Positions 8,912-17,554 of a DNA stretch of 19,431 nucleotides are shown here, piece by piece. Location: the NCBI GenBank assembly GCA_964236955.1, contig CAXSGP010000090.1, forward strand, positions 1 to 19,431. The letters are read 5' to 3'. Every line of letters begins with the position of its first letter. Position 1 is the stretch's first letter. The notes beneath the pieces are model-generated. The model did not search any database. It saw only the letters and a program-made list of their open reading frames with translations, and had not been told where the DNA came from. The stretch is from an uncultured Oligoflexus sp. GTDB lineage: Bacteria > Bdellovibrionota_B > Oligoflexia > Oligoflexales > Oligoflexaceae. The translations under genes and the position numbers were made by a program.

Positions 8912-9009
8912 TAGGAATTATTGGTGCCTAACCACTTTTTTGCTGCGGAAGTTGAGACCTAAAATTTCAATCAGCATAGGCGAGGATTTTCTCGAAAGGA
9001 CTTTGGTCG

Positions 9010-9378
9010 ATGAAGAAAAAAATTCTGATTGTAGATGATTCCATTACGATCCGCCAGCAAGTGACCTTTGCGCTTGCCAAGGCTGGTTTTGAAGTGATTG
9101 AAGCGGGTGACGGAAAATTCGGTTTGGCTGCATTAAAAGCCAATGAGGATATCAATTTGATAATTTCTGATATCAATATGCCCAATATGAATGGTTTGGA
9201 CATGATCGAAGCTATTCAGGCTTTGGAAAAATACTCCAACATCCCCGTCTTGATGCTGACGACCGAAGGAACATTTGAATTGATTCATAGAGCAAAAGCA
9301 GCTGGTGCCAAAGGTTGGTTCGTTAAGCCTTTCAGGGCTGACCAATTGGTACTCACAATCAACAAGCTCACCGCATAA
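9010..9378 (+). CDS. cheY: Single-domain CheY-like response regulator
   Basis: 122-aa REC-only protein: ILIVDDS, ISDINMPNMNG (phospho-Asp), MLTTEG, GAKGWFVKPF. AAAGGA RBS at 8995-9000. Confidence 0.93.
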   Translation: MKKKILIVDDSITIRQQVTFALAKAGFEVIEAGDGKFGLAALKANEDINLIISDINMPNMNGLDMIEAIQALEKYSNIPVLMLTTEGTFELIHRAKAAGAKGWFVKPFRADQLVLTINKLTA

Positions 9379-9556
9379 AGGTGGGTTATATATAACGTCC
9401 CGGTTGGGTGCTCGTTAGATTCGTAAAAATCGCCTGCTGGTCTTGGTTTCGTGCCGGGCGTTGGTGCTGCAGACTAGAAACATTAGGGTAGCTCCTTATT
9501 AAAGCAATAGGTACTTATTTATTGAGTGGCAAGCAACTATATCGGGGGATCATAAA

Positions 9557-10699
9557 ATGAAAACTTTGAGTGGAATGTCTCGGGAAGAAGATGCAAAAAA
9601 AGCGGTGGCAGAAGCAACTAAAGACTGGAATCCGCTGGTTATTCCCAACATTATCCTGGTCTTCCACTCAAGTAAACAAGATGCGGCCGCGGTTGCCTCT
9701 GAATTGAGCCTACGTTTTCCAACTGTGCCAGTGGCCGGGTGTACAACCACGGGCGAGCATTTGAACGGCGCTCATTTCAACAATAGCCTGGTCTTGACCG
9801 CGATTTTTTCTCCCGAGATTAAATGGAGTGTCAAGGTTATCCACGATATTAAAAACTTGAATATTGACGTGGCGAAAAGTTCTGTCGATAGCATGTTAAA
9901 GGATCTGGCCCTGGATCGGGAGCAAATTTCTGCCGAAAAGCAGTTTTGCATGATCCTGATTGATGGGCTTTCCATGAAAGAGGAGCATGTTTCGGCAATG
10001 ATCGCGGAAGCGCTGGAAGGCATCCCGCTGGTCGGAGGTTCGGCAGGTGACGATCTTAAATTTAAGAACACCTGGATCATTGCTGATGGCAAGGCGTCTG
10101 AAAATGCAGCGGTTCTAATTATGGGCGATTCCACGGTGCCCTTCCATATTATTAAGCATCAGCACTTCATCAAGACCCCAAAACAACTGGTCATTACCAA
10201 GGTCGATACAGTAGCGAGGCGAGTCTATGAGATGGATGGAATGCCGGCGGCCGATGTCTATGCAAAATTGCTGGGAATTCCTCGAAAAAAACTTAGCAAT
10301 GACGACTGCTTTCTGAATCCTCTCCTGTTCCGGGTTAATAATGAAATCTACATTCGATCGATCCAGCGCATTGAAGATGACGGTTCCCTGGTCTTCTATT
10401 GTGGACTGGAGGAAGGCATGGTGCTTGAGATCGGTGGCCATGAATCACTGACAGGCGCGTTGAGCGAGGAAATTGCGAGTCTGCGGAAAAACGGTATTGA
10501 GAAGGCTGAAGTGTTTATTGCATTTAATTGCATTCTTCGGGCATTGGAAACTCAAAATGGCAACCTTCATAATAATATAGGACAACTGCTCTCCGGAATC
10601 AGTGCGAATGTTGTGGGCTTTGATACCTACGGTGAGCAATTGAACGGTTTGCATATTAACCAAACACTGGTTGGCCTAGCTTTAGGGAGAGCAGCATAA
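9557..10699 (+). CDS. FIST signal transduction protein, NosP-like
   Basis: Motifs GCTTTGE, LIDGLSMKEE, GGSAGDDL, YIRSIQRI, LVFYC, NCILR and GFDTYGEQLNGLHINQT, which I recognise as the NosP-type FIST C-terminal pattern. GGGGGA RBS. The stop overlaps the next start (TAATG). Confidence 0.92.
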   Translation: MKTLSGMSREEDAKKAVAEATKDWNPLVIPNIILVFHSSKQDAAAVASELSLRFPTVPVAGCTTTGEHLNGAHFNNSLVLTAIFSPEIKWSVKVIHDIKNLNIDVAKSSVDSMLKDLALDREQISAEKQFCMILIDGLSMKEEHVSAMIAEALEGIPLVGGSAGDDLKFKNTWIIADGKASENAAVLIMGDSTVPFHIIKHQHFIKTPKQLVITKVDTVARRVYEMDGMPAADVYAKLLGIPRKKLSNDDCFLNPLLFRVNNEIYIRSIQRIEDDGSLVFYCGLEEGMVLEIGGHESLTGALSEEIASLRKNGIEKAEVFIAFNCILRALETQNGNLHNNIGQLLSGISANVVGFDTYGEQLNGLHINQTLVGLALGRAA

Positions 10700-12330
10700 T
10701 GGAAAAAATCGATATTGAAGAGCTAAAGTTTAAGGCCGAAGCGGGCGCCAAGACAATTGAAGTATTAAAGAACAAGGTCTTGGCCCTCTATAATGGGGGA
10801 GCTGAAACTGCAATTCAAAAGCAACTAGAAAGTTCCAAAAGGAGGGATGAAGAGAACCGCCGAAAGCGCGAGCTGATGGAGGTTCGCAACCAAGAGCTCA
10901 ACAGACATGCCGAAACCCTCGAAGCTAAGGTTGAATCGCGTACTAATGCAATTAAGACCATCTTAAATAACGTGAAGTTCGGTTTCTTTGTGATCGATCG
11001 CGAGCTGAAAATAGGTGCCGAGTATACCAAGACCTGCGAGGAGCTCTTTGGCATTTACACTTTTGCCGGAATATCGGTTCTCGATATCTTCGGCCTAAAT
11101 CCAAGAAGCCGTGAACATTTTCAACTAGGCGTTGATCAGGTATTTGAAGACCTGATGCCCAGCGAAGTGTCTCTCTCGCAGCTGCCGAGTCGTTTCCAAC
11201 TCAATGGGCGAGTCTTGCGTGCCGAGGGTAGCGTTATTCGGGAAAATGGTATGGTAGTGGGCATACTCTACACCGTCAGTGATATAAGTGCTTTGGAAAA
11301 AGCCCAGCGAGAGGCCAACAATAATCGGGTTCTGATCGGTATTCTCCGACAAAAGGACGCTTTTCAGGATTTCGTGACCGAGTGCTATAAGCTTATTGAA
11401 AGCTCGCAGAAAATTTTCTCCAGAAACGATCAGCAATCGATTCGCCGTGTCATCCACACCCTAAAAGGCAACTGCGCGTCGTGGGAACTTAATGATATTG
11501 CGATTGCTATTCATGAAATCGAAGAGAATGAACAGATAGTTGCCGATCACTTCGTTTTCATCCGTCACATGTTCGAAGAGTTTCTGGCCACGAATAAGAC
11601 CATCGTCGGGATTTCGTTTGAGCCATCGGCGGCTAAAACATACGAGATAAATTCTAATAAAATGCATGAATTACAGTCAATCGCTTCGAGCCTTAAGCTA
11701 AAAGACGCGGCCTTGCTTAATAGCTGGACCGCTCAGGTTCTCCTCAAACCGGCCTTTACCCTGCTCGGACCGCTCGACGATTTCGTAGCGCGTTTAGCCG
11801 ATCGTTTGCACAAGGAAATCGATTTTAAGGTCTTTGGTCATGAAACGCTTATTGATGTTGATTTAATGCGTGGACCCTTCCAAAACCTCATTCACCTTCT
11901 TCGTAACGCGATTGATCACGGCATCGAGTCACCGGAGGCGAGAGGCTCTAAGGAGCTGGTGGGGAAGCTTTATTTAACGATAGCTAAAAGTGAAAAATTC
12001 TTCAGTATTAAACTCGAAGACGACGGTCGCGGTATCGATACGGATAAACTCGTCGATAAAGTGCTCGCCAAGAACTTAATGAGTCGGGAAGCGGCGGAAA
12101 AACTTACCCACCAACAGCGGGTCGATTTGATATTCCTTGATAATGTTTCGAGTACCGACGCAGTCACGGATATATCGGGAAGGGGTATGGGAATGTCAGC
12201 GATGCTTGAAGCGGTTAGGCACTCGCATGGCACGATTGCGATCGAATCGGTTTTTGGCAAAGGCACGACTATGGTGATTCAGGTACCCATTCCGGAAGTT
12301 CTTAAGCTGAGGGCCTTGGACGTCGCATAG
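10699..12330 (+). CDS. Atypical CheA-like histidine kinase (coiled coil, PAS-like, Hpt, HATPase_c; no CheW/P5 domain)
   Basis: Hpt motif IHTLKGN (His codon 11455-11457). CheA-type ATPase motifs LIHLLRNAIDHGIE, EDDGRG, DISGRGMGM and GKGTT. The protein ends about 20 aa after GKGTT, leaving no room for P5. Confidence 0.9.
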   Translation: MEKIDIEELKFKAEAGAKTIEVLKNKVLALYNGGAETAIQKQLESSKRRDEENRRKRELMEVRNQELNRHAETLEAKVESRTNAIKTILNNVKFGFFVIDRELKIGAEYTKTCEELFGIYTFAGISVLDIFGLNPRSREHFQLGVDQVFEDLMPSEVSLSQLPSRFQLNGRVLRAEGSVIRENGMVVGILYTVSDISALEKAQREANNNRVLIGILRQKDAFQDFVTECYKLIESSQKIFSRNDQQSIRRVIHTLKGNCASWELNDIAIAIHEIEENEQIVADHFVFIRHMFEEFLATNKTIVGISFEPSAAKTYEINSNKMHELQSIASSLKLKDAALLNSWTAQVLLKPAFTLLGPLDDFVARLADRLHKEIDFKVFGHETLIDVDLMRGPFQNLIHLLRNAIDHGIESPEARGSKELVGKLYLTIAKSEKFFSIKLEDDGRGIDTDKLVDKVLAKNLMSREAAEKLTHQQRVDLIFLDNVSSTDAVTDISGRGMGMSAMLEAVRHSHGTIAIESVFGKGTTMVIQVPIPEVLKLRALDVA

Positions 12331-12360
12331 ATCAAAAAAGGATTATAGGCACAAGGGGAC

Positions 12361-12397
12361 GCGCCGGGTGATTCAGCATGCAAAGGGTCCCTGGCGC
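12361..12397 (+). terminator. GC-rich hairpin after the CheA-like gene, possible terminator
   Basis: GCGCCGGG (12361-12368) pairs with CCTGGCGC (12390-12397) with one G-U pair. The loop is long and the following tail (TTCGTT) is weak. Confidence 0.3.
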
Positions 12398-12700
12398 TTC
12401 GTTCGTCTCATAGAGTTCTTAATATCAATTCCTTGCCAAAGAAATGGCCCCTATCATTGCATTGTTTTGGCTAATATGGCGCCCATTCAATGAGGCCTAT
12501 CTATATAAAGAGTTTAGCCTGATACTCGTGTGGATGTATGACCTGCGAACGAGAGTTCTAGTGGCCTTTCTTAATCGACTTAAGAGTCTGCTCTTCAATT
12601 CCTACTGGCCAGGACCTCGTAGCTAAGTATCCACCCATTATTATTGTGTCGGTGAATTCAAGGCTTTTTTGAGTCGGCACGGTAGAATCTAGAGTTACCA

Positions 12701-15700
12701 ATGGTTGTCAAAAAGCTTCGCCTTAAAAAGTTCACGAAATTGAAGCTAGCTGGCATGGTCCCTGGCGGGGTCGCCAGACGAATAGGAGCTCTCGAAAAAT
12801 TCCGCCGAATGACAACTGTGATCCAAGATTCCAATGATGCTATTACCTTTCAGGATCTGACCGGCAATATCCTTGCCTGGAATCGTGGTGCCGAAGTCAT
12901 GTATGGCTACACGGAAGCCGAAGCGCTGAAGATGAATATATTCGAAATCGTTCCCACCGAATATCTAAGTGAGGTTGAGGATTTACTCTCGTCGCTTAGG
13001 AATGGGGAGCTGGTTGCTCATCAGGAGACCAAACGAAGACACAAAGATGGGCGCGTTATCGATGTCTCGCTAATCAGTACCAAGCTAACCGATGACGATG
13101 GCAAGATAACGGGAGTCGCCACCACCGAGCGCGATATTACGGAACAGACCAAGACCCTCGAAAAGTTCCGGCGAATGGCGACGGTCATTCAGGATTCCAA
13201 TGACGCCATTACCTTCCAAGACCTTGAAGGCAATATCCTCGCCTGGAACCGAGCTGCTGAAGTCATGTACGGCTACCCCGAAGCCGAAGCTTTGCGGAAA
13301 AATATTATCGATACCGTACCAACCGAATATCAGGAGGAAGCCCGACAGTTCCTGGCATCTTTAAAACGCGGGGAGTTGGTCCCAAACCTTGAAACCAAAC
13401 GAAAAACCAAAGACGGACGCATTATCGATGTATGGCTTACCAACACCAAGCTCACCGATGACAAAGGCGTCCTGACAGGCATCGCCACAACCGAGCGCGA
13501 TATCTCCGAGCGTATTAGCGCCCTGGAAAAGTTTCGGAGGATGGCAACGGTCATTCAGGATTCCAACGATGCCATTACCTTCCAGGATCTCGAAGGCAAT
13601 ATCCTGGCCTGGAATCGGGGGGCCGAAATCATTTATGGGTATTCCCAGGCCGAAGCCCTCAGCATGAACATCGTCGATACGGTGCCCAAAGATTATCAGG
13701 AGGAGGCGCGAGGTTTGCTGGCTTCGCTAAAGCGCGGGGAGCTCCTGCCAAACCTTGAGACCAAACGAAAGCATAAGAACGGTCGGATCATCGATGTGTG
13801 GTTGACCAATACCAAGCTCACCAATGACAAAGGGGTTTTGACCGGGATTGCTACGACGGAACGTGACATCACCGAGAGAAAGCTTGCCGAGGCCTCCTTA
13901 CGGGATAAGGCACGGGAGCTCGAATTTTTGCGCGGTGGCCAAATTACACTCTCCGATAAAATGCGTGGGGAGCAGGACGTCGCTCGACTGGGGCAAAGCG
14001 TGCTGAGCCATCTTGCCCCTTTTCTCAATGCTCATATGGGAGCATTTTATCACGTAACGGAAGAAAAAAATCTTAAACGAGTCAGTGGGTATGCCTATGC
14101 AAAGATCGAGGCAGAAGAGAGAACGATAGCCTTCGGTGAGGGCCTGGTTGGACAGGCCGCTCTGGGAAAATCCTGTATTCTTTTGGAAAATGTCCCATCC
14201 CACTATTTTGGTCAGATAAGTTCCGATCTTGGTCAGGGCTCTCCTCACTCCCTGCTGCTTGCCCCCGTATTCTATGAAGGCGAGGTAAATGGCGTCATTG
14301 AACTGGCTTCATTCGTCATGTTTTCCGACCATCAAAAAGTCTTTCTGGAAAGCGTTTCGGAAAGCATCGGCATCGCCATTAACACCTCGATCAGCCGGCG
14401 TCGGCAGCAGCAGCTACTCGAACGATCGCAGAATCTGACCGAGGAGCTGCAGGCCCAGCAAGGTGAATTGAAAGCGACCAACGATGAGCTGGAAGAGCAA
14501 TCCCGCGCTTTGCTTGAATCGCAGCGCCAACTCAAGAGTCAACAGTCGGAGCTCGAACATACTAATGAAAAACTTGAAAAGCAAACCCAGGCGCTTGAAC
14601 GTCAACGCGATACGCTCAATACCAACAATGAAGCACTAAACGATGCGAAATCCCTTCTCGAGGAACGTTCTGATGAGGTGCAAAGGGCAAGTCAATACAA
14701 ATCCGAGTTTCTTGCCAACATGTCCCACGAACTGCGCACCCCTCTCAATAGTTCATTGATACTGGCGAAGCTGCTGGCCGACAATGAAGCCGGTAATTTG
14801 ACCGCCGAGCAGGTGCAGTTTGCGCAGTCTATTTCATCGGCTGGCAATGATCTTTTAGATCTCATCAATGACATCCTCGATCTGTCAAAGGTCGAGGCTG
14901 GTAAACTCGAAATTAGGCCCGAGAGCGTATTTCTCCCAAATCTTTTTAAATCGCTGAAAAATTCCTTTGGCCATTTGGCCGCGGAAAGAAAATTGAAGTT
15001 TGAAATTAAGATCGACTCAGACGTGCCGGACCGTATCCTCACAGATCATCAACGGCTGGAGCAGATTTTGAAGAATCTTCTATCGAATGCCTTTAAATTC
15101 ACCGAAAAAGGTCAGGTTATTTTCCATGCGCAAAGAAAAGCGGATGGGAAAATTTCGCTTTCGGTGAATGATACGGGAATTGGAGTGCCTAAGGATCAGC
15201 ACGAGGTGATCTTTGAGGCCTTTCGGCAGGCAGATGGCACGACCAATCGGAAATATGGTGGAACCGGGCTGGGCCTTTCGATATCCCGGGATCTGGCGCG
15301 ACTGCTTGGGGGGACGGTTGAAGTGGAAAGTGTGCCCGGCATGGGCAGTCGCTTTTCGCTCCTTCTGCCCGAACTATACGATGAGTCGACGATCGCAGCG
15401 GCCACCGTCAAGGTCTACTCACCGGCTCCCGGTAGTGTAGCGGTTGAAAATTCGGCGAGTCCACGCATCAAGTCCGAACCCTTTAGCGATGATAGAGGCA
15501 ATCTTTCGGCTCCCGGACGCACCCTGCTGGTGGTCGAGGATGAATCGCTTTTCTCCCGTATTCTCTTCGATATGGCCCACGAGCATCATTATAAGTGTGT
15601 TGTGGCGCAAGATGCCCAGGAAGGGCTGGAGTTCGCTCAGACGATAAAACCCGATGCTATCCTACTCGATATCATGCTGCCAGACCGTTCAGGATTGACT

Positions 15701-16702
15701 GTCCTCGATCAGCTCAAGGAAAGCGCTGCGACCCGGCATATTCCGGTGCAAATCGTTTCGGGACATGATTATAGAAATAAGGCGCTGCATATGGGCGCCC
15801 TTGGATATATTCGAAAGCCGGTAAAGCGGGACGAGCTGAAGGCGGCGTTCGCCCGTTTTGAACAAAAGATTTCCCAGAAACAAAAACATGTTTTGATAGT
15901 CGAAGATGACAGTCTGCAGCGGGAAAGCATGGTGAGTCTTATTTCCGACAAGGATACTGAGATTACCGCGGTTGCGCTCGGTTGCGATGCACTTGAGGCG
16001 CTCAAAGTTAAATCCTTTGATTGCGTCGTCATTGACCTCAAGCTTCCCGACATGTCGGGTGAGCAACTTTTGCGGCAAATGACCGAGCAGGAACGCACGA
16101 CGCCTTTGCCTCCGCTTATCGTTTACACAGGTCGGTCCATTTCGAGAAAGGAAGAGGATGACCTGCGAAAGTATTCTCGTTCCATTATTATCAAGGGGGT
16201 GCGTTCCCCGGAACGACTGCTGCATGAGATCGGCCTTTTTCTCCATATTCCGGAACCTCAATTATCGGATGAAAGCCGTCAGCTGCTCAAGGATATGCGA
16301 AACCGTGAGGAGGATTTCGAAGGACGCAGGATACTCCTTGTCGACGACGACATTAGAAATATTTTTGCTCTGACTGCCGCCCTTGAGCAAAAGGGTGCAA
16401 TTATAGAGGTTGCTCGCAATGGCAAGGAAGCCCTGGCGAGATTGAAGGATGATCCCCATATGGATATCATTCTAATGGACATCATGATGCCTGAAATGGA
16501 TGGCTATGAGGCAACGCGGGAGATAAGAAAACAAGGGATCTTCGCCAAAATGCCCATCATTGCCATAACGGCAAAGGCGACGCGAAAAGATCAGGTGCTC
16601 TGCATGGAGGCCGGTGCCAACGACTATCTCTCAAAACCGATCGATCTCAGTCAACTCTTCTCGCTGATTCGAATCTGGTCTCCTCAATTAGGCAGGAATT
16701 AA
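12701..16702 (+). CDS. Multi-sensor hybrid histidine kinase (3x PAS/PAC, GAF, putative methyl-accepting coiled coil, HisKA, HATPase_c, 3x REC)
   Basis: Three PAS repeats; GAF motifs FGEGLVGQAA and GVIELAS; a Q/E-rich coiled coil; FLANMSHELRTPL; NLLSNAFKFT; GGTGLGL; REC Asp motifs LLDIMLP, VIDLKLP and LMDIMMP. No TM helix seen. The start could alternatively be ATG 12755. Confidence 0.96.
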   Translation: MVVKKLRLKKFTKLKLAGMVPGGVARRIGALEKFRRMTTVIQDSNDAITFQDLTGNILAWNRGAEVMYGYTEAEALKMNIFEIVPTEYLSEVEDLLSSLRNGELVAHQETKRRHKDGRVIDVSLISTKLTDDDGKITGVATTERDITEQTKTLEKFRRMATVIQDSNDAITFQDLEGNILAWNRAAEVMYGYPEAEALRKNIIDTVPTEYQEEARQFLASLKRGELVPNLETKRKTKDGRIIDVWLTNTKLTDDKGVLTGIATTERDISERISALEKFRRMATVIQDSNDAITFQDLEGNILAWNRGAEIIYGYSQAEALSMNIVDTVPKDYQEEARGLLASLKRGELLPNLETKRKHKNGRIIDVWLTNTKLTNDKGVLTGIATTERDITERKLAEASLRDKARELEFLRGGQITLSDKMRGEQDVARLGQSVLSHLAPFLNAHMGAFYHVTEEKNLKRVSGYAYAKIEAEERTIAFGEGLVGQAALGKSCILLENVPSHYFGQISSDLGQGSPHSLLLAPVFYEGEVNGVIELASFVMFSDHQKVFLESVSESIGIAINTSISRRRQQQLLERSQNLTEELQAQQGELKATNDELEEQSRALLESQRQLKSQQSELEHTNEKLEKQTQALERQRDTLNTNNEALNDAKSLLEERSDEVQRASQYKSEFLANMSHELRTPLNSSLILAKLLADNEAGNLTAEQVQFAQSISSAGNDLLDLINDILDLSKVEAGKLEIRPESVFLPNLFKSLKNSFGHLAAERKLKFEIKIDSDVPDRILTDHQRLEQILKNLLSNAFKFTEKGQVIFHAQRKADGKISLSVNDTGIGVPKDQHEVIFEAFRQADGTTNRKYGGTGLGLSISRDLARLLGGTVEVESVPGMGSRFSLLLPELYDESTIAAATVKVYSPAPGSVAVENSASPRIKSEPFSDDRGNLSAPGRTLLVVEDESLFSRILFDMAHEHHYKCVVAQDAQEGLEFAQTIKPDAILLDIMLPDRSGLTVLDQLKESAATRHIPVQIVSGHDYRNKALHMGALGYIRKPVKRDELKAAFARFEQKISQKQKHVLIVEDDSLQRESMVSLISDKDTEITAVALGCDALEALKVKSFDCVVIDLKLPDMSGEQLLRQMTEQERTTPLPPLIVYTGRSISRKEEDDLRKYSRSIIIKGVRSPERLLHEIGLFLHIPEPQLSDESRQLLKDMRNREEDFEGRRILLVDDDIRNIFALTAALEQKGAIIEVARNGKEALARLKDDPHMDIILMDIMMPEMDGYEATREIRKQGIFAKMPIIAITAKATRKDQVLCMEAGANDYLSKPIDLSQLFSLIRIWSPQLGRN
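12791..13888 (+). repeat. Three tandem 366-bp (122-aa) intragenic repeats, each one PAS/PAC domain
   Basis: LEKFRRM units begin at 12791, 13157 and 13523, an exact 366-bp period. Units 2 and 3 differ at about 19 of 122 residues by hand count. Confidence 0.95.
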
Positions 16703-16707
16703 GCCTG

Positions 16708-17535
16708 ATGACAGAGCCCCATAAACCAGAGATTGACATAGAGCTAAATGATTTTTTTGAGGAGATCAACTGTCGCTATAACTATGATTTTCGTGACTAT
16801 GCCCCGACTTCCATGCGGCGTTCCGTGAATCAGGCTATGGAAAGGCTAAGTTGTACGACGCTAGCCGCGCTTCAGACTATGGTCATCAACAGTCCCGACC
16901 GATTTTACGATCTCATCCAGTCATTGACTATTCCAGTAAGTGAGTTTTTCAGGGATCCGTCTTATTTTCTATCGTTGCGCGTAAATGTGATCCCGCTCCT
17001 ACGAACTTATCCCTCTCTCAAAGTCTGGGTTGCAGGCTGCAGCACTGGGGAAGAAGTCTATTCGTTGGCTATCCTATTGCAGGAAGAGGGCTTGCTGGAA
17101 CGCACCTTAATCTATGCTACCGATATCAATCCCCGATGTCTTAAGGCTGCGGCACGTGGCCTGTTCGAGCTTTCAGACATTGAAGCAGCGGCTTGCCGTC
17201 ACCTCGAGGCAGGCGGCATGCTGCCCTTATCTGATTATTACGTTCCGCTCGGCAGCTCAGCGAGATTTAATAATGAGCTGAAGCGAAATCTGGTTTTTAC
17301 CGACCATAGCCTAGTCACCGATTCCGTCTTTTCTGAAGTTCATCTGATCTCTTGCCGAAATGTTCTCATTTATTTCAATCGCCGCTTGCAGGACAGGGTG
17401 TTCGGTCTGTTTCACGAGTCGCTTTGTCGAAAATGCTTTTTGGGCCTGGGGGCAAAGGAAACGATTCACTTTTCACAGTTTGTAAATTCATTTGATCCCT
17501 TTGTGAAGAGCGACCGTGTTTTTCAAAAGAGATAA
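16708..17535 (+). CDS. cheR: Protein-glutamate O-methyltransferase CheR
   Basis: Motifs YNYDFRDY, SEFFRD, VWVAGCSTGEEVYS, IYATDIN and ISCRNVLIYF. It starts 5 nt after the kinase stop. Confidence 0.96.
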   Translation: MTEPHKPEIDIELNDFFEEINCRYNYDFRDYAPTSMRRSVNQAMERLSCTTLAALQTMVINSPDRFYDLIQSLTIPVSEFFRDPSYFLSLRVNVIPLLRTYPSLKVWVAGCSTGEEVYSLAILLQEEGLLERTLIYATDINPRCLKAAARGLFELSDIEAAACRHLEAGGMLPLSDYYVPLGSSARFNNELKRNLVFTDHSLVTDSVFSEVHLISCRNVLIYFNRRLQDRVFGLFHESLCRKCFLGLGAKETIHFSQFVNSFDPFVKSDRVFQKR

Positions 17536-17554
17536 GTGAGAGCAGGAGAAGCCA

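Noticed and set aside
10699..12330. Truncated cheA pseudogene
   Set aside because: The ORF is intact with complete Hpt and ATPase motifs and its own N-terminal domains, and I see no CheW-like remnant downstream of the stop.
12444..12626. 60-aa aromatic-rich ORF upstream of the large kinase
   Set aside because: No clear RBS or family motif; unsupported from sequence alone.
12791..13888. Tandem repeats considered as a CRISPR array, DGR template/variable pair or assembly artefact
   Set aside because: They are in-frame 366-bp coding units with many synonymous differences that are not adenine-specific, and there are no spacers, cas genes or reverse transcriptase.
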